Part shown: positions 31,139 to 43,566 of the stretch, one piece after another
How the letters are laid out: every line of letters begins with the position of its first letter
Numbering within the stretch: the first letter of the stretch is position 1
NCBI GenBank assembly: GCA_965644295.1
Contig: CBFFRP010000094.1
Coordinates: forward strand, 62,001 to 126,000
Reading direction: 5' to 3'
Length of the DNA: 64,000 nt
Source: Paraphysomonas bandaiensis
Taxonomy: Eukaryota > Protista > Chrysophyceae
Program-made: the position numbers and the translations under genes
Notes under the pieces: model-generated
Seen by the model: the letters and a program-made list of their open reading frames with translations, nothing else
Databases searched by the model: none
What the model was told of the DNA's origin: nothing

Positions 31139-34100
31139 ATGCTCACTATCGGGGTTATTTTTTTATTGTTTGGGATTGCAGCCACTCAAACCGAACGAAG
31201 TTTCTGCAGATATATTTCACAGTCTCACTGCGTTGGCGGCTATCACTATTACAGTGACGGTGATGTGAGTGTCTTCTCTAATATCGTGAAATCATATTAT
31301 GCGATTCCTTATTTCGTGGATGTTGATGGTGATGGTGACCTAGACATTCTTGTAGGAGATTTTTATGGCAAGCTGTATGTATATCTCAATGTAGGGAATG
31401 TTACTTTTCCTCAATTTACGGATTTACCGGTTGAAGGAACTATTTTTGACAAGTACAATTCCAGTTATAATTTGCAAGCGCAGCCTATTATGGAAGATTT
31501 TAATGGTGATGGTTTGAGGGACCTTGTTGTTGGCTCTGCTGGAGGAATACACACCTTTATCAATACTGGAAACTCGAGTTCCCCTTTCTTCAACTTTGCA
31601 AACAGTTCAATCCATTGGTTCGATTATATTGTAAATGGTAGCTCCCACGCTTTTAAAGTGTCGGCATTTGACTTTGATAACGATGGGGATCTTGATATTT
31701 TGGTAAGTATTCACGATGATGCCGACGCTTGCACTGTGCATTACCACGAAAATATTGGTGATTCGCACACACCGTCATTTGTGGACAAAACATCCAATGT
31801 ATTCGACGAAGCACCACTTCGTGCTCCAGAACTTGGAGGCTGCAGTGCAACCGCCTCTGATGTGGACAACGACGGGGATCTGGACCTTGTGCTGCTGTCC
31901 AGTGACCAGGTTTTTTTGATCGAGAACACCCTCTCCGCTCTACATCCGCAGTGGGTACTCCGTGACGGCTCCTTAACCAATCCGTTTGCCTACTATACCT
32001 CAAATTCATTTCCTTCTGGTGGTGTGCAGGCCGTTGACCTGTACAATGTGGGAGTGGATACTTTTGTTGTGCCAACCTCTTCGAGCAGCACAACTTTTAA
32101 TCTTATACAGGCGTTTAAAATATCCTCAACAGTGTCGGAAGCTGTCTTCACTGAAAATCGAGATGAATCGAATCCATTCTCGGTACTATCTGTGGGCCGA
32201 TCAGCTATCATTAGTTTTGTTGATTTCGCTGGGGAAGGGAATTTGCTGCCCGACTGTGTGGTGTTCCAATCCATGTACAATATGGATACTTCTTATTATG
32301 ACAGCACTGTACACTATTATCGACCCATCAATGCTAGTGACAGCATCCCAGACTATACAGACTTAACCAATTCCGTGGACGAAAATCCCCTCTACAACGT
32401 TCATTTTCCTATGGCTTCTCTATCGGCGGCGGATTTCGACAATGATGGAGTAAGTATTCTATTTAGTAAATCATGCACGTAAGTTGTAAACATAGTTTCG
32501 TTTATCTAATCATCGCGCGCAGGATATGGACCTGGTATTGAATAGTTACAACGGCCTATCAATTGTTGAGAATCAGGGTACCTCGCCTGAGTCAGATGCA
32601 ACCTTCGACTTTCCGTTGATGAATTCTTTCAAATTTGACGACTCGAATTCCGTTTCATTCGCGTCTCCCCAGTTGGTGGACCTTGATGGAGATATGGACT
32701 TAGATCTTGTGGTGTGTGCACACTTGCGAGGTATACTCTTCGTTGAGAATATAGGAACATTAGCGAAGCCGGAGTGGAGGGAAGTGCCAAACGACGACAT
32801 TTCAAATCCCTTTGTCTTGTTGAATAACTTGAGTATACCCGAAGGCATCTCCTTCGATCGATGTGACCTGGCTTTTTGCGATATTGATAACGACGGTGAC
32901 TCAGATTTGGTGTTCGCCGAAAAAGGTGGGCTTGTGACACTCATGAAAAACAGTGGCACAGTGTCGAGTCCATTTTTTGAGTACACTCCTCCACAGTCAG
33001 AGGAAAATCCGTTTCGACATTACACCAGCCAGTCGGCCTCTTCAGAAATGTTAGTTGGGATAGCTTGCGGCGATGTCGATGGCGATGGCGACCCAGATAT
33101 TATCATAAGCGAAAATGAAGATCGTTTACTTTATCTGGAGAGCGTCCGCATAAACTCAAGCTTAGTACCTCAGTTCGAAACGCATAACTCCTCATCTCCG
33201 GGGTATAATTTACAAGGAATCGATGACGACATTGGCATTCCACGTTTAGTTGATTTTGACAATGACGGGGTCTTGGATTTGGTGTTCACCTACACTTCGG
33301 GCACCCGGCATTACCTGTCGTTTTATGTTGGGTTTCCACAGGACTCTCGCAGGCGCCAACTGAGTGACAAAGATGACGACAACTTGGTCTCTTCGTCTGG
33401 CTACTACTACTATTATTATGACTATGGTGATGATGATCCGCAGCCCAGTGCTCAACCTAGTGCATCTCCAACCATTCTTACTTCGTTTGCAAAGATCGAT
33501 CCTCTACTCTATTCACTCAACATTGATAATTCTCTTGCAGTTCGTCCAGCATTCGGCGACTTAAATGGCGACTCCGTAGCCGATATGATGGTTGGACTCG
33601 AATTCACGGGATGTGTTTTGTATTATGAAAGTGTGAATGGCCGTTTCGATGGCTATAATGTTGCCGATGCTAATAGGATAACAACGACTTCAGTCACAAC
33701 TGGTGATATCAATGGCGATGGCTTGATTGATCTAGCTTTTGGCGCCAGTAATGGAAATGTATATGTTTCTCTGAATGCAGGCGGGGCGCTACATGATGCT
33801 TTCCCTGAGAAACTCGCAGTTTTAGTTAGCTTAGGCTTTCCTGTAGTTGAACTGATAGACGTTGATGACGATGGTGACTTGGACATATGTGTTTTATCAG
33901 ATCCAAACTTCCGAATATTTGAAAACACGGGTAACCACACAGCCTTCGTGTACAGTTCTCTGAACCAAATTGAAATGGCAAGCGCAGTTGAGGTGTCGGA
34001 CACTCAATCATTTGTATTTCGGGATATCGACCGAGATGGGGATGTCGATATTTTGTTGGGATTATCAAATGGGGGTGTTGAATTGTATTCCAACAATCGT

Positions 34101-36796
34101 TGTTTCAAGTCTAGTTCCTCTCAATGTTCTTCAAGAGGAGCTTGCGTAGATTCAAAATTTCATCCTAGTTGCGTCTGTTTCACTGGATATTCAGGTGACC
34201 AGTGCAACGCTTGTCAAGATAAATTCTACGGCTTTGAGTGTGATCCATGCCCGGGAGGGGGCACCAAGACTGCTACTAACCTGCAGAACGTCTGCAACCA
34301 ACAAGGCACGTGTCATGATGGTATATCTTCTGATGGGGTTTGTACCTGCATATCTCCCTTTTTTGGTGACTCGTGTGGAAAAGGAGACTGTGGCGAATCT
34401 GAACAGCGCGCTTTTAATCAGTCCTCAGATACTTATTTCTGTGAACCATGCCGTGTAGGTTACATCAAGTCTGCTTCACTTGGTGTGTGCGTGGAGTGCC
34501 CAGACGGTCGTTCGACAGCTGCAGAAGGATCCACGACATGTGATGTCTGTTCTATTGGAAATTATTACGATAGGTAAAATGCAATTTGATAATAGGTTTT
34601 GATAAAATATGACAGACACTCTTGTGTGATTTTTGAACATTATAGGAACGCTGATGAGTGCCACAACTGTAAAAGTGGGATGAAATGTTCCAAAGACTTT
34701 GTTCCTGTGTATTTGGAGAGTATATACCTCGACAGAGATTGGTACCGCACCGACAATCTGTCGTCGATAGTTGAAAAATGCCCGTTTCAGAATTCATGTC
34801 GAGGTGGCAATATGAGCGGGGAGAATATCTGCATGGCTGGCACGGAAGGTCCACTGTGTGCAGTGTGCAGTTCTGGGTACTATTATGCAATCGCGTCGAA
34901 TTCTTGTTTGTCTTGCGGTGGCATATCTATTGTGGGGTCTCTAATCAGCGTGGGCATAATAGCAATTTTTTGTTTCATGGGTGGTATATTGACGTTTCGT
35001 TATTATTACAAAAGGTCGCCTCGGTTTAGAATGATGATCAAAAATTTTCATGACACGGCAGCCATGGTGCTGGGTATGCGCCTGGGCGTCGAGCAGCTTG
35101 ATACGAATATCAAATCGAATGGCAATAAGCGTCGTCATTCAGAATTAATGAGACAGGTCCAAGAAGTCAGTCCTATCAGAAAAATGCAATCGAAGGTTAA
35201 AATTGTGGTGACTCTTTTTCAAATAGTAACGTCACTGCCTTGGGTGTTGTCAGTGCAATTTCCTAACGTATTTTCATGGTTTTTAAGTATCTTGTACTTA
35301 TTCAACTTTGAAATGTCTGGAATAATTCCGTTGGATTGTGTGATGGATAATAATTTCTTCTACGAATTAATAGTTGCCACTTTCGTGCCGATTGGATTAG
35401 CTCTGGGCATAGGGCTTGTCTATGGGTTAATTTCTATTACAAGGTGGAACAATGGTGATGGAGGAGCAGAAAAATCTTCCTTGTTTAGGTTGTTTTTAAT
35501 GCTGACGTACTTAGTTTATCCTGGTGTTTCGTCTAAAATATTTCGTGGTTTGAGACCGTGCCATACTTTGGATGACGGAGAGTCTTACATGGTGGAAGAT
35601 TACAGTATCAATTGCAGCTCACAAACATACGCCTACCTCGTGTCACTTTGTTATATCATGACAGCTGTATATGTCATTGGCATACCTTTGATGTATATGA
35701 TTATTCTCTTACTTCATCGTCACCAAATTCGTGAAGAAGGTCAGGAACGAGTTCTGGAAATTGCTAAAGTTAAAGGAGTCCTTGACGAAATACTGAAAGA
35801 GAGTGATGAGAATGGCAATAGATCCACTGCATTGTCCTATGCGTCTGAAACTGAGGTACTAATTATGGAATTGGACCGACTTATCTGGTGTTACTCGTGG
35901 TCGAATGGGATTATGGCATTCGACTTTTTATTTGCAGCTTATCGAGCGGAAACTTGGTGGTGGGAAGTCTTCGAGACTCTTCGCCGACTAGCTCTCACTG
36001 GCTTGTTAGTGTTCCTGTCGCCAGGATCCCCCGGACAGTTATTGGTGGCCTTGGTGATTGCCGTTTTCTGTGGTATTCTATATATAGGTGTTGTCCCATT
36101 TATGGATAGTATGGATTCGATGGTGAGCAGCACGTCGCAGATAAGCTTGATAGTAGTTCTTTTTGCAGCTTTGGCGATTAAACTTGAATTAATGGTGAGC
36201 CGTATGGTTATAGAGTTCAATTTTTATGTGTCTTATTCTTTATTTTAATTTTACAGAAGAGCGAGACCTACTTGACAGCCATGGGTGTCGTTCTAGTCGT
36301 TGTTACTGTTCTTGTGCCCGTCGTGGGATGTTTCGCATCGTTTGCTTCAAATTACGACAACTTTCACTATACTGCGAAGGCATTACTTGATCGGAAGCAG
36401 CAAAATAAAGTCGCGCCTGATTCGGTGCATAGCAGTGACATCGTCAATACTACTCACAATAATAAAGGAATTCTCGACGATATATCCGACGCAGTCGAGG
36501 GGGATATGGAGCAGGGAATTTCACCAGAAGGGCATAGTAGTGATAACATCCATATTCCTTCTGATAACCAAATGAACAAAATCTTGCCTGAAGGGATGCA
36601 AAACAGTGACATTGATGTCCCTGCCGATATGCGACGTAACAAAGTCTTGCCAGAAGGGGTGCACGGCAGTGATATTAGCATCCCGATTGATAAAGCAATT
36701 CTAAATGACACTTCAAAATCACCTGAAGAGGATTCGCAGTGCAACATACATGGCACAGAGGATGTCAGACCGACTTCCCTAAGTGAAATAGGATAG
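31139..36796 (+). CDS. Large cell-surface receptor-like protein: signal peptide, ~13-15 FG-GAP/VCBS repeats, EGF and Cys-rich repeats, ~9-TM C-terminal domain; 4 exons
   Basis: Hydrophobic N-terminus MLTIGVIFLLFGIAA. Repeated Dx(D/N)xDGDxD motifs. EGF-like segments CSSRGAC...CVCFTGYSGDQC and CNQQGTCHDG...CTCISPFFGDSC. C..GTEGPLCAVC..GYY motif. TM block with KIVVTLFQI, YPGVSSKIF, DYSINC, IGIP and Y....WWWEVFETLRRL. Confidence 0.85.
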
Positions 36797-37959
36797 GGCA
36801 AAAATCTAGCAACTGAAATTGCAAGTGTGTGTATTGTTAATGTGCGTATTCGGACGAAATGTGGTCAACACCACAAGTTCGTTTTTATGTGATAGAGGAT
36901 CAGAGTTTAACAGAGCTCATAAAGGTCCAATTTCTTCTCGTCTCTAGTGTGTGACGTCATTTCTATGTTAAAGTTACAGTTTATAACTTTTCTTCCGTGT
37001 ATCACTATAACCCTTATGAGTAAATAACTCAACCAATTAAAATTGTGATAATCATTTCTCATCATTCAATGCAACTTGTTATATTTATTGGCTTCACAAT
37101 TACCAATCACGATATTTAATTTAAGCTAAAATGTTCCATTTATTACGATATCTGGAATATAACGAGTTTACAAGCAGACTATTGTCAACACTTTTTTACT
37201 GTTTGAGCTCTCGCCATTCTAACCATATGATACCAATAATATACATTAACTACAAGAACAAAGCAATTTGCATCCACCTACCTCAAGAACAAACAAACAA
37301 CAGCCATGAATAGTAGTGCACTGAACAATATCAGGATGAGATTGCCCTGCAAACCAGGCAGATGAGGTTGACAGAGTACCCGCAGGCAACACGCAGATAA
37401 GATCAGGGCATTTTCACATTGGCATGATGAGCATTACCCCATCTGCGTGAACAGAGGCAACGATGATAAGCTATCACCAACACTAGATGCACTATGACCC
37501 TCCGCAATATCACTCGCTCTCACTCGTTGATATCATCTCATTTCATGACACTGTTGATAGTTTAATAACATATGGAGAGTTGTGTCATACGTTGGATGCA
37601 CTGTAACACCTCACACATCACTTCATCATTATTGGGTTAATCCGACTCCGCTCCTATCCGGAGGCAGAACAAAAATTTCATACTTCGGTGTACCCAGCCA
37701 CCCCACACACTCCACGCTGTCTCGAGGGCAGGACCTGCAGGCTATACAGCTGCTGGATACGCAACAGTATACACCCCCATGTACACATAGATGCTCTAGA
37801 TATACGTATATATGTATGTACAGTATGTAGTATACGGTATACGATATACCTATACACACAATGCACCTAAAAATAGGAGGCGAGTCCGAGAGACTGTACA
37901 CAAGAATAGTATACACAGAAGACGCAGCAGACACTGTGTTGCATGCGTACAATAGAGTG

Positions 37960-40900
37960 ATGCGCTCTCTGTTGCTATTGATGTTAGCGTGTCTGATCGA
38001 CCCGCATGTGTGCTACTCTGATGTGGAGAAGGAGCACATGTCTATGGCGATATCTGCGGCTGTATCATCGCCCGGGTCGATGGCTGTCATGTCATCTCGA
38101 TCTCTGGCCCGATACTCTCATAGGGTCGCCACAGATCACCTCAGTGGCCACTATCTGACTTGCAGCGAGTACTCCTCTGCCGATGTCTCTAGAGCACGAC
38201 TGGTGTCCGAGCACAGTCAAGACAGAGTACAGACCGTGTTCGTTTCCAAGTCTAGGGACTTGGTCTGCTTTCTAGTTTTCACTGAGGCTCACGAGAGAAT
38301 GGCATCATTGAAAGAGGACAAGCAGGGTGTCGTGAAATCTGTTGTTTTGATTACACCGATGCTCAAGTTATCACAATCTCTTATGGGTGCGCTGCACGAC
38401 CGATCGGTGCATGACCTCGACTGGGCAAGAATGGAACTCCATGTCTCTTTTGGATTAGGATCAGGATCCCATATTATTGATAGTGTAGCGTTTAAAGAGC
38501 ACCTTCAGCGTTCAGTGCAGCACCGTGCTCATTCAGTGCTGTCGGAATTTCGAATACTTTCGTCTTCAACCGTCACACCTTGGGAACGCGCAGTGGATAT
38601 GATGAAGAGACAGAGAGAAGACGAAAGTCCGAACTCTCAGCTCTTTCGAATATGTGGATTCGGTAATTTGCGCTATCGATCCGCCGCGTCTGTACTTATA
38701 ATTGACGAGCTACAGCAATTGTCTAAGTCAGGGGCAGGATCAGAGTGCCTAGCGGCTCTAGCGGCAGTGTGTGGAGATTCGGAGGGAGCTCTTCACGTGA
38801 CAATTGCAGAGAAACCGAGTCTACGCAATGAGTTCGTGGCGGAGTACATTCAGTCTGGCTCATCTGGGCAAGGGCGAGTCTACGAATCTGTGGGGTTGAA
38901 TGGAACTGGTGTTTTGGTAGGTGTATCTGATACTGGTGTCGATGAAGGTAGTTGCTTCTTCGATAACCTGGATGGATCATTGGTGGAGAGATCTGACTTC
39001 GCCTCACCCACTTATGACCTCACTAAGAGGAAAGTAGTGCAGTACGTTAGTTTCTACGATGGCATTGAGGAGTATGCATCTGCCCATGGCACACATGTAA
39101 GTTTGTAGTTGGAATGGTTCATTGTTTTTATTTGCGAGTGTAGGTATGCGGTACACTGGCTGGACACTCAACGGAATCTTTTACTGAAAACAATGGCGTT
39201 GCACCAGCAGCTAAGATTGCCTTCTTTGATATTGGTGAGGACTCAACTGGTGGATTATCTGTTCCCGCTAGTGGTATTCTGGAGCCAGCCATAGCTGCTG
39301 GTTCACACCTCCACAGTATGAGCTGGGGCTTCTACAGTTTTGACTACTTATACTATGATGTATATGTTGACGAAGCGGTCTATGGTAGCCCTTCTCTCAC
39401 TGTGATCGTGGCGGCAGGGAACGAAGGAACAGATGGAGGAAATGTACTCAGCCCTGCTCTAGCGAAAAACTGCGTCAGTGTTGGGTCATCTGGGTCTGGA
39501 CGAGGTCAGGGTATATCTACAGTGTCCTCGTTCTCTTCACGCGGCCCGACTTTTGACTCACGATTTGGTATTGATGTCCTTGCGCATGGCACTGGTATTC
39601 GCTCGGCAAAATCGTCCGGAAGCAATGCGACAACGTGCGCCCGTGTCAGCCTGTCCGGAACCTCCACATCAACACCGTAAGTTTTCACTTCTTCTAGCAT
39701 GTTTTCTTTGACCCTATATGAGTTTCTTGACTTGCATATTTAGCGCTATTCATTAATACATACAAATTTTTGTAGAGCTGTTGCGGGAGCTGCTGCTTTG
39801 ATACAACAATACTTTGAGGACCCGTCCTTTTGGGCAGCGACTTGTCGATCGACGTATTCGCTTTGTAGTTCTGGTCCTCTCCTTCCTAGCGGCTCGTTAC
39901 TGAAGGCCGTACTCCTCCACTCTGGCCAGGATCAGGGCAACGGTTATGCATATCCTGGCAACGAACAAGGATTCGGAAGGGTTCAGCTTGACCAGGTGCT
40001 TGTTGTGCCTGGAGTCACAATCGAGGGGCTTGACCTCTTCGTTATAGACGTCAATATATCAGCGCACAGTTCAGAGGTGTTTTATGTCACTGTTACGAGT
40101 GATTCTTCTCCTCTTAAAGCCACAATATGCTGGGCCGATCCACCAAATAGCATTGTAGCTGCAAAACAGCTTCTAAATGATATTGATTTGACTGTTTCCG
40201 GCCCAACTGGAAACCTGTACTACGGCAACAACAACTCCGCAGGTGATGAGTTCAACAACGCGGAGATCGTGCTTGTATCCTCTCCTTCTCCTGGAGAGTA
40301 CACCATCAACATATCCGCTTCCGTATTAGGCGCAAATTCTCAGCAGCTTGTCTCCCTCGTCATCACATCAATTGGTATCGTCGGAACTGAAATGCCGACC
40401 TCTGCACCCTCAACTATGTAAGTGTATGCTTTCTGTGTTGATTATTATTGAATGCTGTACATAGACCTACAGCAATGCCTACTACATCGTATCCAACTTT
40501 TGAACCATCAATCAACCCCACTGCTACCCCTACTTCTTCGCCGACACTTTGTCCAACTATTGAGCCGACGACACCATTTCCCACAATTACAAGTACCGCT
40601 AGGTGGGTTGCTTTACTCGTGAGCAACGTAAATTGTGACAATTGTTGTGTAGCCCAACTGACCACCCAGTTGCTAATACTCCAACTAATCGACCAGTTTT
40701 CACTCTTCCTACTCCCCTGTCTCCAGCACCTTCAGTGTCGCCGACTAATGCCCCTACAACACAACCTTCGTTACAAACGTAAGTATACCACATGCTAAAC
40801 TATTTGGATACCGCTCGGAGGGATTATAGGTCGATTCAGTGCGTGTTGCATGTTGTCACGCCAACTATATCTACACCATGCAACATACTTCTTGTACGGT

Positions 40901-41680
40901 AACAGTGATATTGTTTTCCAGAGCTTCGCCGACGATTACCGTAGATAACCACCCTACCCACCGCCCTGTGTTCTCAATAGTATCTCCCACGCAGGCACCA
41001 ACCATCCAAATGACGACTTCCGCCACTGAACCCCCGAACCCTGTGCCCACTCTAACTCCGAGGTGCTTGCAGTAGTGTGTTTAGCTTCCGAGTGTTAACA
41101 TGTTGTGCAGTTCAAGCCCTACGAAGAGAGACCCTTTTACTGCGCCGACCCAGCGGCCAGTGTTTGTGTTAACCTCTTCCCCGGTAGCATCAAGCTCTGC
41201 CCCAATTTATACCTCCACGGACGCTCCCGCTGCAGCACCATCAACCAGGTCAGTAATAACTAGCATCTGGAGTCCTTAAGTAAGCGTTATGTGCAGTATG
41301 CCCTCCCGAAGGCCGGTGTACAAGTCTCCAACAAGTCGACCAGTGTTTGTTATGACTCCACCACCAACACATCCCCCTACACCGTCCTCAACGGCGTCAC
41401 CCACACCACCTTCGGGGCCTGTAATGTACGTCGCTTTATTATTATAATGGACTTGACCTCATCTGAAAATTTCAGAGCGCCTCCCACGAATTCACCAGCT
41501 AACTCGCGTCCAACCCAGCGCCCTGTATTTATTTTGACTCCTCCTCCTACTCTAACACCCACAATCCAGATGACCGTGCCGCCCAGCATTGCCCCGACTC
41601 ATACACCTACACAGTCCTCTGTAGGAGGCAGTGACCGTAGACCGACGAGGCGTCCAGTTCTTTCATTTTGGGCGAGATAA
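37960..41680 (+). CDS. Secreted S8 subtilase (Kp43/TagC-like) with prodomain, C-terminal beta domain and Pro/Thr-rich modular tail; about 9 exons
   Basis: Signal MRSLLLLMLACL. Catalytic residues: VGVSDTGVD (Asp), HGTH|VCG (His), AAGNEG (oxyanion Asn), SGTSTSTP|AVAG (Ser). Also PALAKN, FSSRGPT.D.R, LLKA.LLHS, QGFGR and W.DPP...NDIDL. Confidence 0.92.
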
Positions 41681-42248
41681 ATATATGCAGTTTACTTATC
41701 TGACACATGTAAAATATTCGTAAATATTATTTTAATTAATGACGTATTATGAACTCACAACCTTGTTCAACGTAGACTGTAGAGCCAAGTAGTTGTTGTA
41801 GCAAGGAGCAAGGTGTAGGGGTATAAATACTTCGTACCACATAGCCCCTATATTTCCAGTGACTAAGTGGTACGAAGTTGCCGAAGGTAGAAAATAGACT
41901 AGACGCATTGAATATAGAATATAGTATTACTTGATTTTGCCTTGTACTATTTGCTGAAAAAAAATGTAGCTGTACAAGTGACAATCATATAAATTATAAA
42001 TACAAATTGCCAATTTATGTGGATTTGAAGCCATAATATATAACACACCAGAGAACTTTAGAAAACTAACATCTGTACAAAACTTTACAATCCCACAGGA
42101 CATGATGACGTGTACTATTTTCACATATTATCACTGAGTTTAAACAATTATTAATCAAAGATATTACACCCAAAACTACGACAATATCAAAGTAACAAAC
42201 ACAATAATACCAGAGATATCCAAGAATAAAAACAATTTCAGCTAACTA

Positions 42249-43014
42249 TTATTCCAGAATGTGGGAGTTATCCTCTCCGAGTGACGCCAAGCGTTGAGCT
42301 TTACCTTCACTATCATGGTTGAAGCTTGTGCTCCGATTTGCAGCGGTTCTACCTTCTTCTTGAATGCTCATTAGACCGGCGCTCGGCATTGAGTCTGCTC
42401 GGAATCGCTTTGGTGCCGTTGGAATAGCGAACCCAGCGAGTCCAGTAGATGACTGTGTTCTGTCAGATGTTTGGTCGTCTGCACTATTGTCTGTCATACT
42501 CGAGCACACTAGGCACTCAGTTGTAGAAGCCCCTCCTCTCCTCTGCCTATCCCATCTGCATAAGGTTACATGGTGGAGGAGTTTTTTTGTTTGATGACAA
42601 CCAGCAATGGGGCAGCTTTGCTTCCCTGTACAGACGATACAATGATGATACAACAGCTTAGCATTTTTACATATGTCAGGGTTGTTGCAGTCTCCACGAC
42701 ACTCCAACGAGTGAACCATTAATCTCAGGTATCGTCCAGCTTTACGAGCCTTTTCTAATTTCTCCTTTTCTTCCGTTATCGAGTGTTGTCGAGCAAGAAT
42801 GCGCTCCGCTTCGATTTTAATGTTTTGGTTCGCCGGACATGCCTCAGGCTGTGACATCAAGTGCACACAAGAATTCGACCAGTGACTCCACATCAACGAA
42901 ATAACATACTGAAGCCAAATAACAACTGTGGATAATGTGAGTCTCGAATATGTTGCCCTTGACTGGCTGTGAGTTTAAATATCTTGTCCACGCAACGCAT
43001 CCATCGCCTTTCAT
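42249..43014 (-). CDS. Stand-alone TAZ zinc-finger protein; 5' exon structure uncertain
   Basis: YLRLMVHSLECRGDCNNPDIC...LYHHCIVCTGKQSCPIAGCHQTKKLLHHVTLC...CLVC matches the H-x3-C-xn-C-x4-5-C TAZ clusters. A GTATGT...ACAG intron joins an upstream exon. Confidence 0.75.
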
Positions 43015-43566
43015 GCCGGAGCCACCCAATCAGCTCTCTTGATTTCGCGAAATTACTGGCTCTGATCTTCTTTTTTTTTCCTCCGTATCATTTTCAGCAT
43101 GTGGGAGCAGACTGCTGATGGTGATGGTGAGGATACCAGTCGTTTCATATGTCGCACTTGAAGGTAGTGATCGAAATACGGGCGTAGGGGAAACTACTGT
43201 GTCTTGAAACGGTCACTGTGACGTATACGGTCTGTATTTGTGGAATACAGAGAAAGTAACTGAAACCAATTGAGATGTTCTGTGTGTATACATACATATA
43301 CATGCTGCCGTGTATACCTCCACTACACACAGTACACACAGCAGTACATACAGTCACAGAAAGAGCGATTGGAATCCATATGCAGCATAGAGGCAGCATA
43401 CAGCGCAGTATATGCTAATACGCTGCTCCGAGAGTATCATACGAGCAGACCAGACCAGACCAGAGCAGAGCGAGCACATAACGCAACGAGCAGCTGAAAC
43501 ACCACTGCACTGAGCTGCTTATCTTTAAATTGAATATATTTGGTGGCGCAGGTCCCCGGCTGTCAT

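Noticed and set aside
37424-37500. ATGATGA as a possible C/D snoRNA box C
   Set aside because: No properly placed CTGA box D, terminal stem or recognisable rRNA guide.
37861-37959. N-terminal extension of the subtilase ORF from ATG 37861
   Set aside because: It lies in promoter-like sequence, and the signal peptide starts at ATG 37960.
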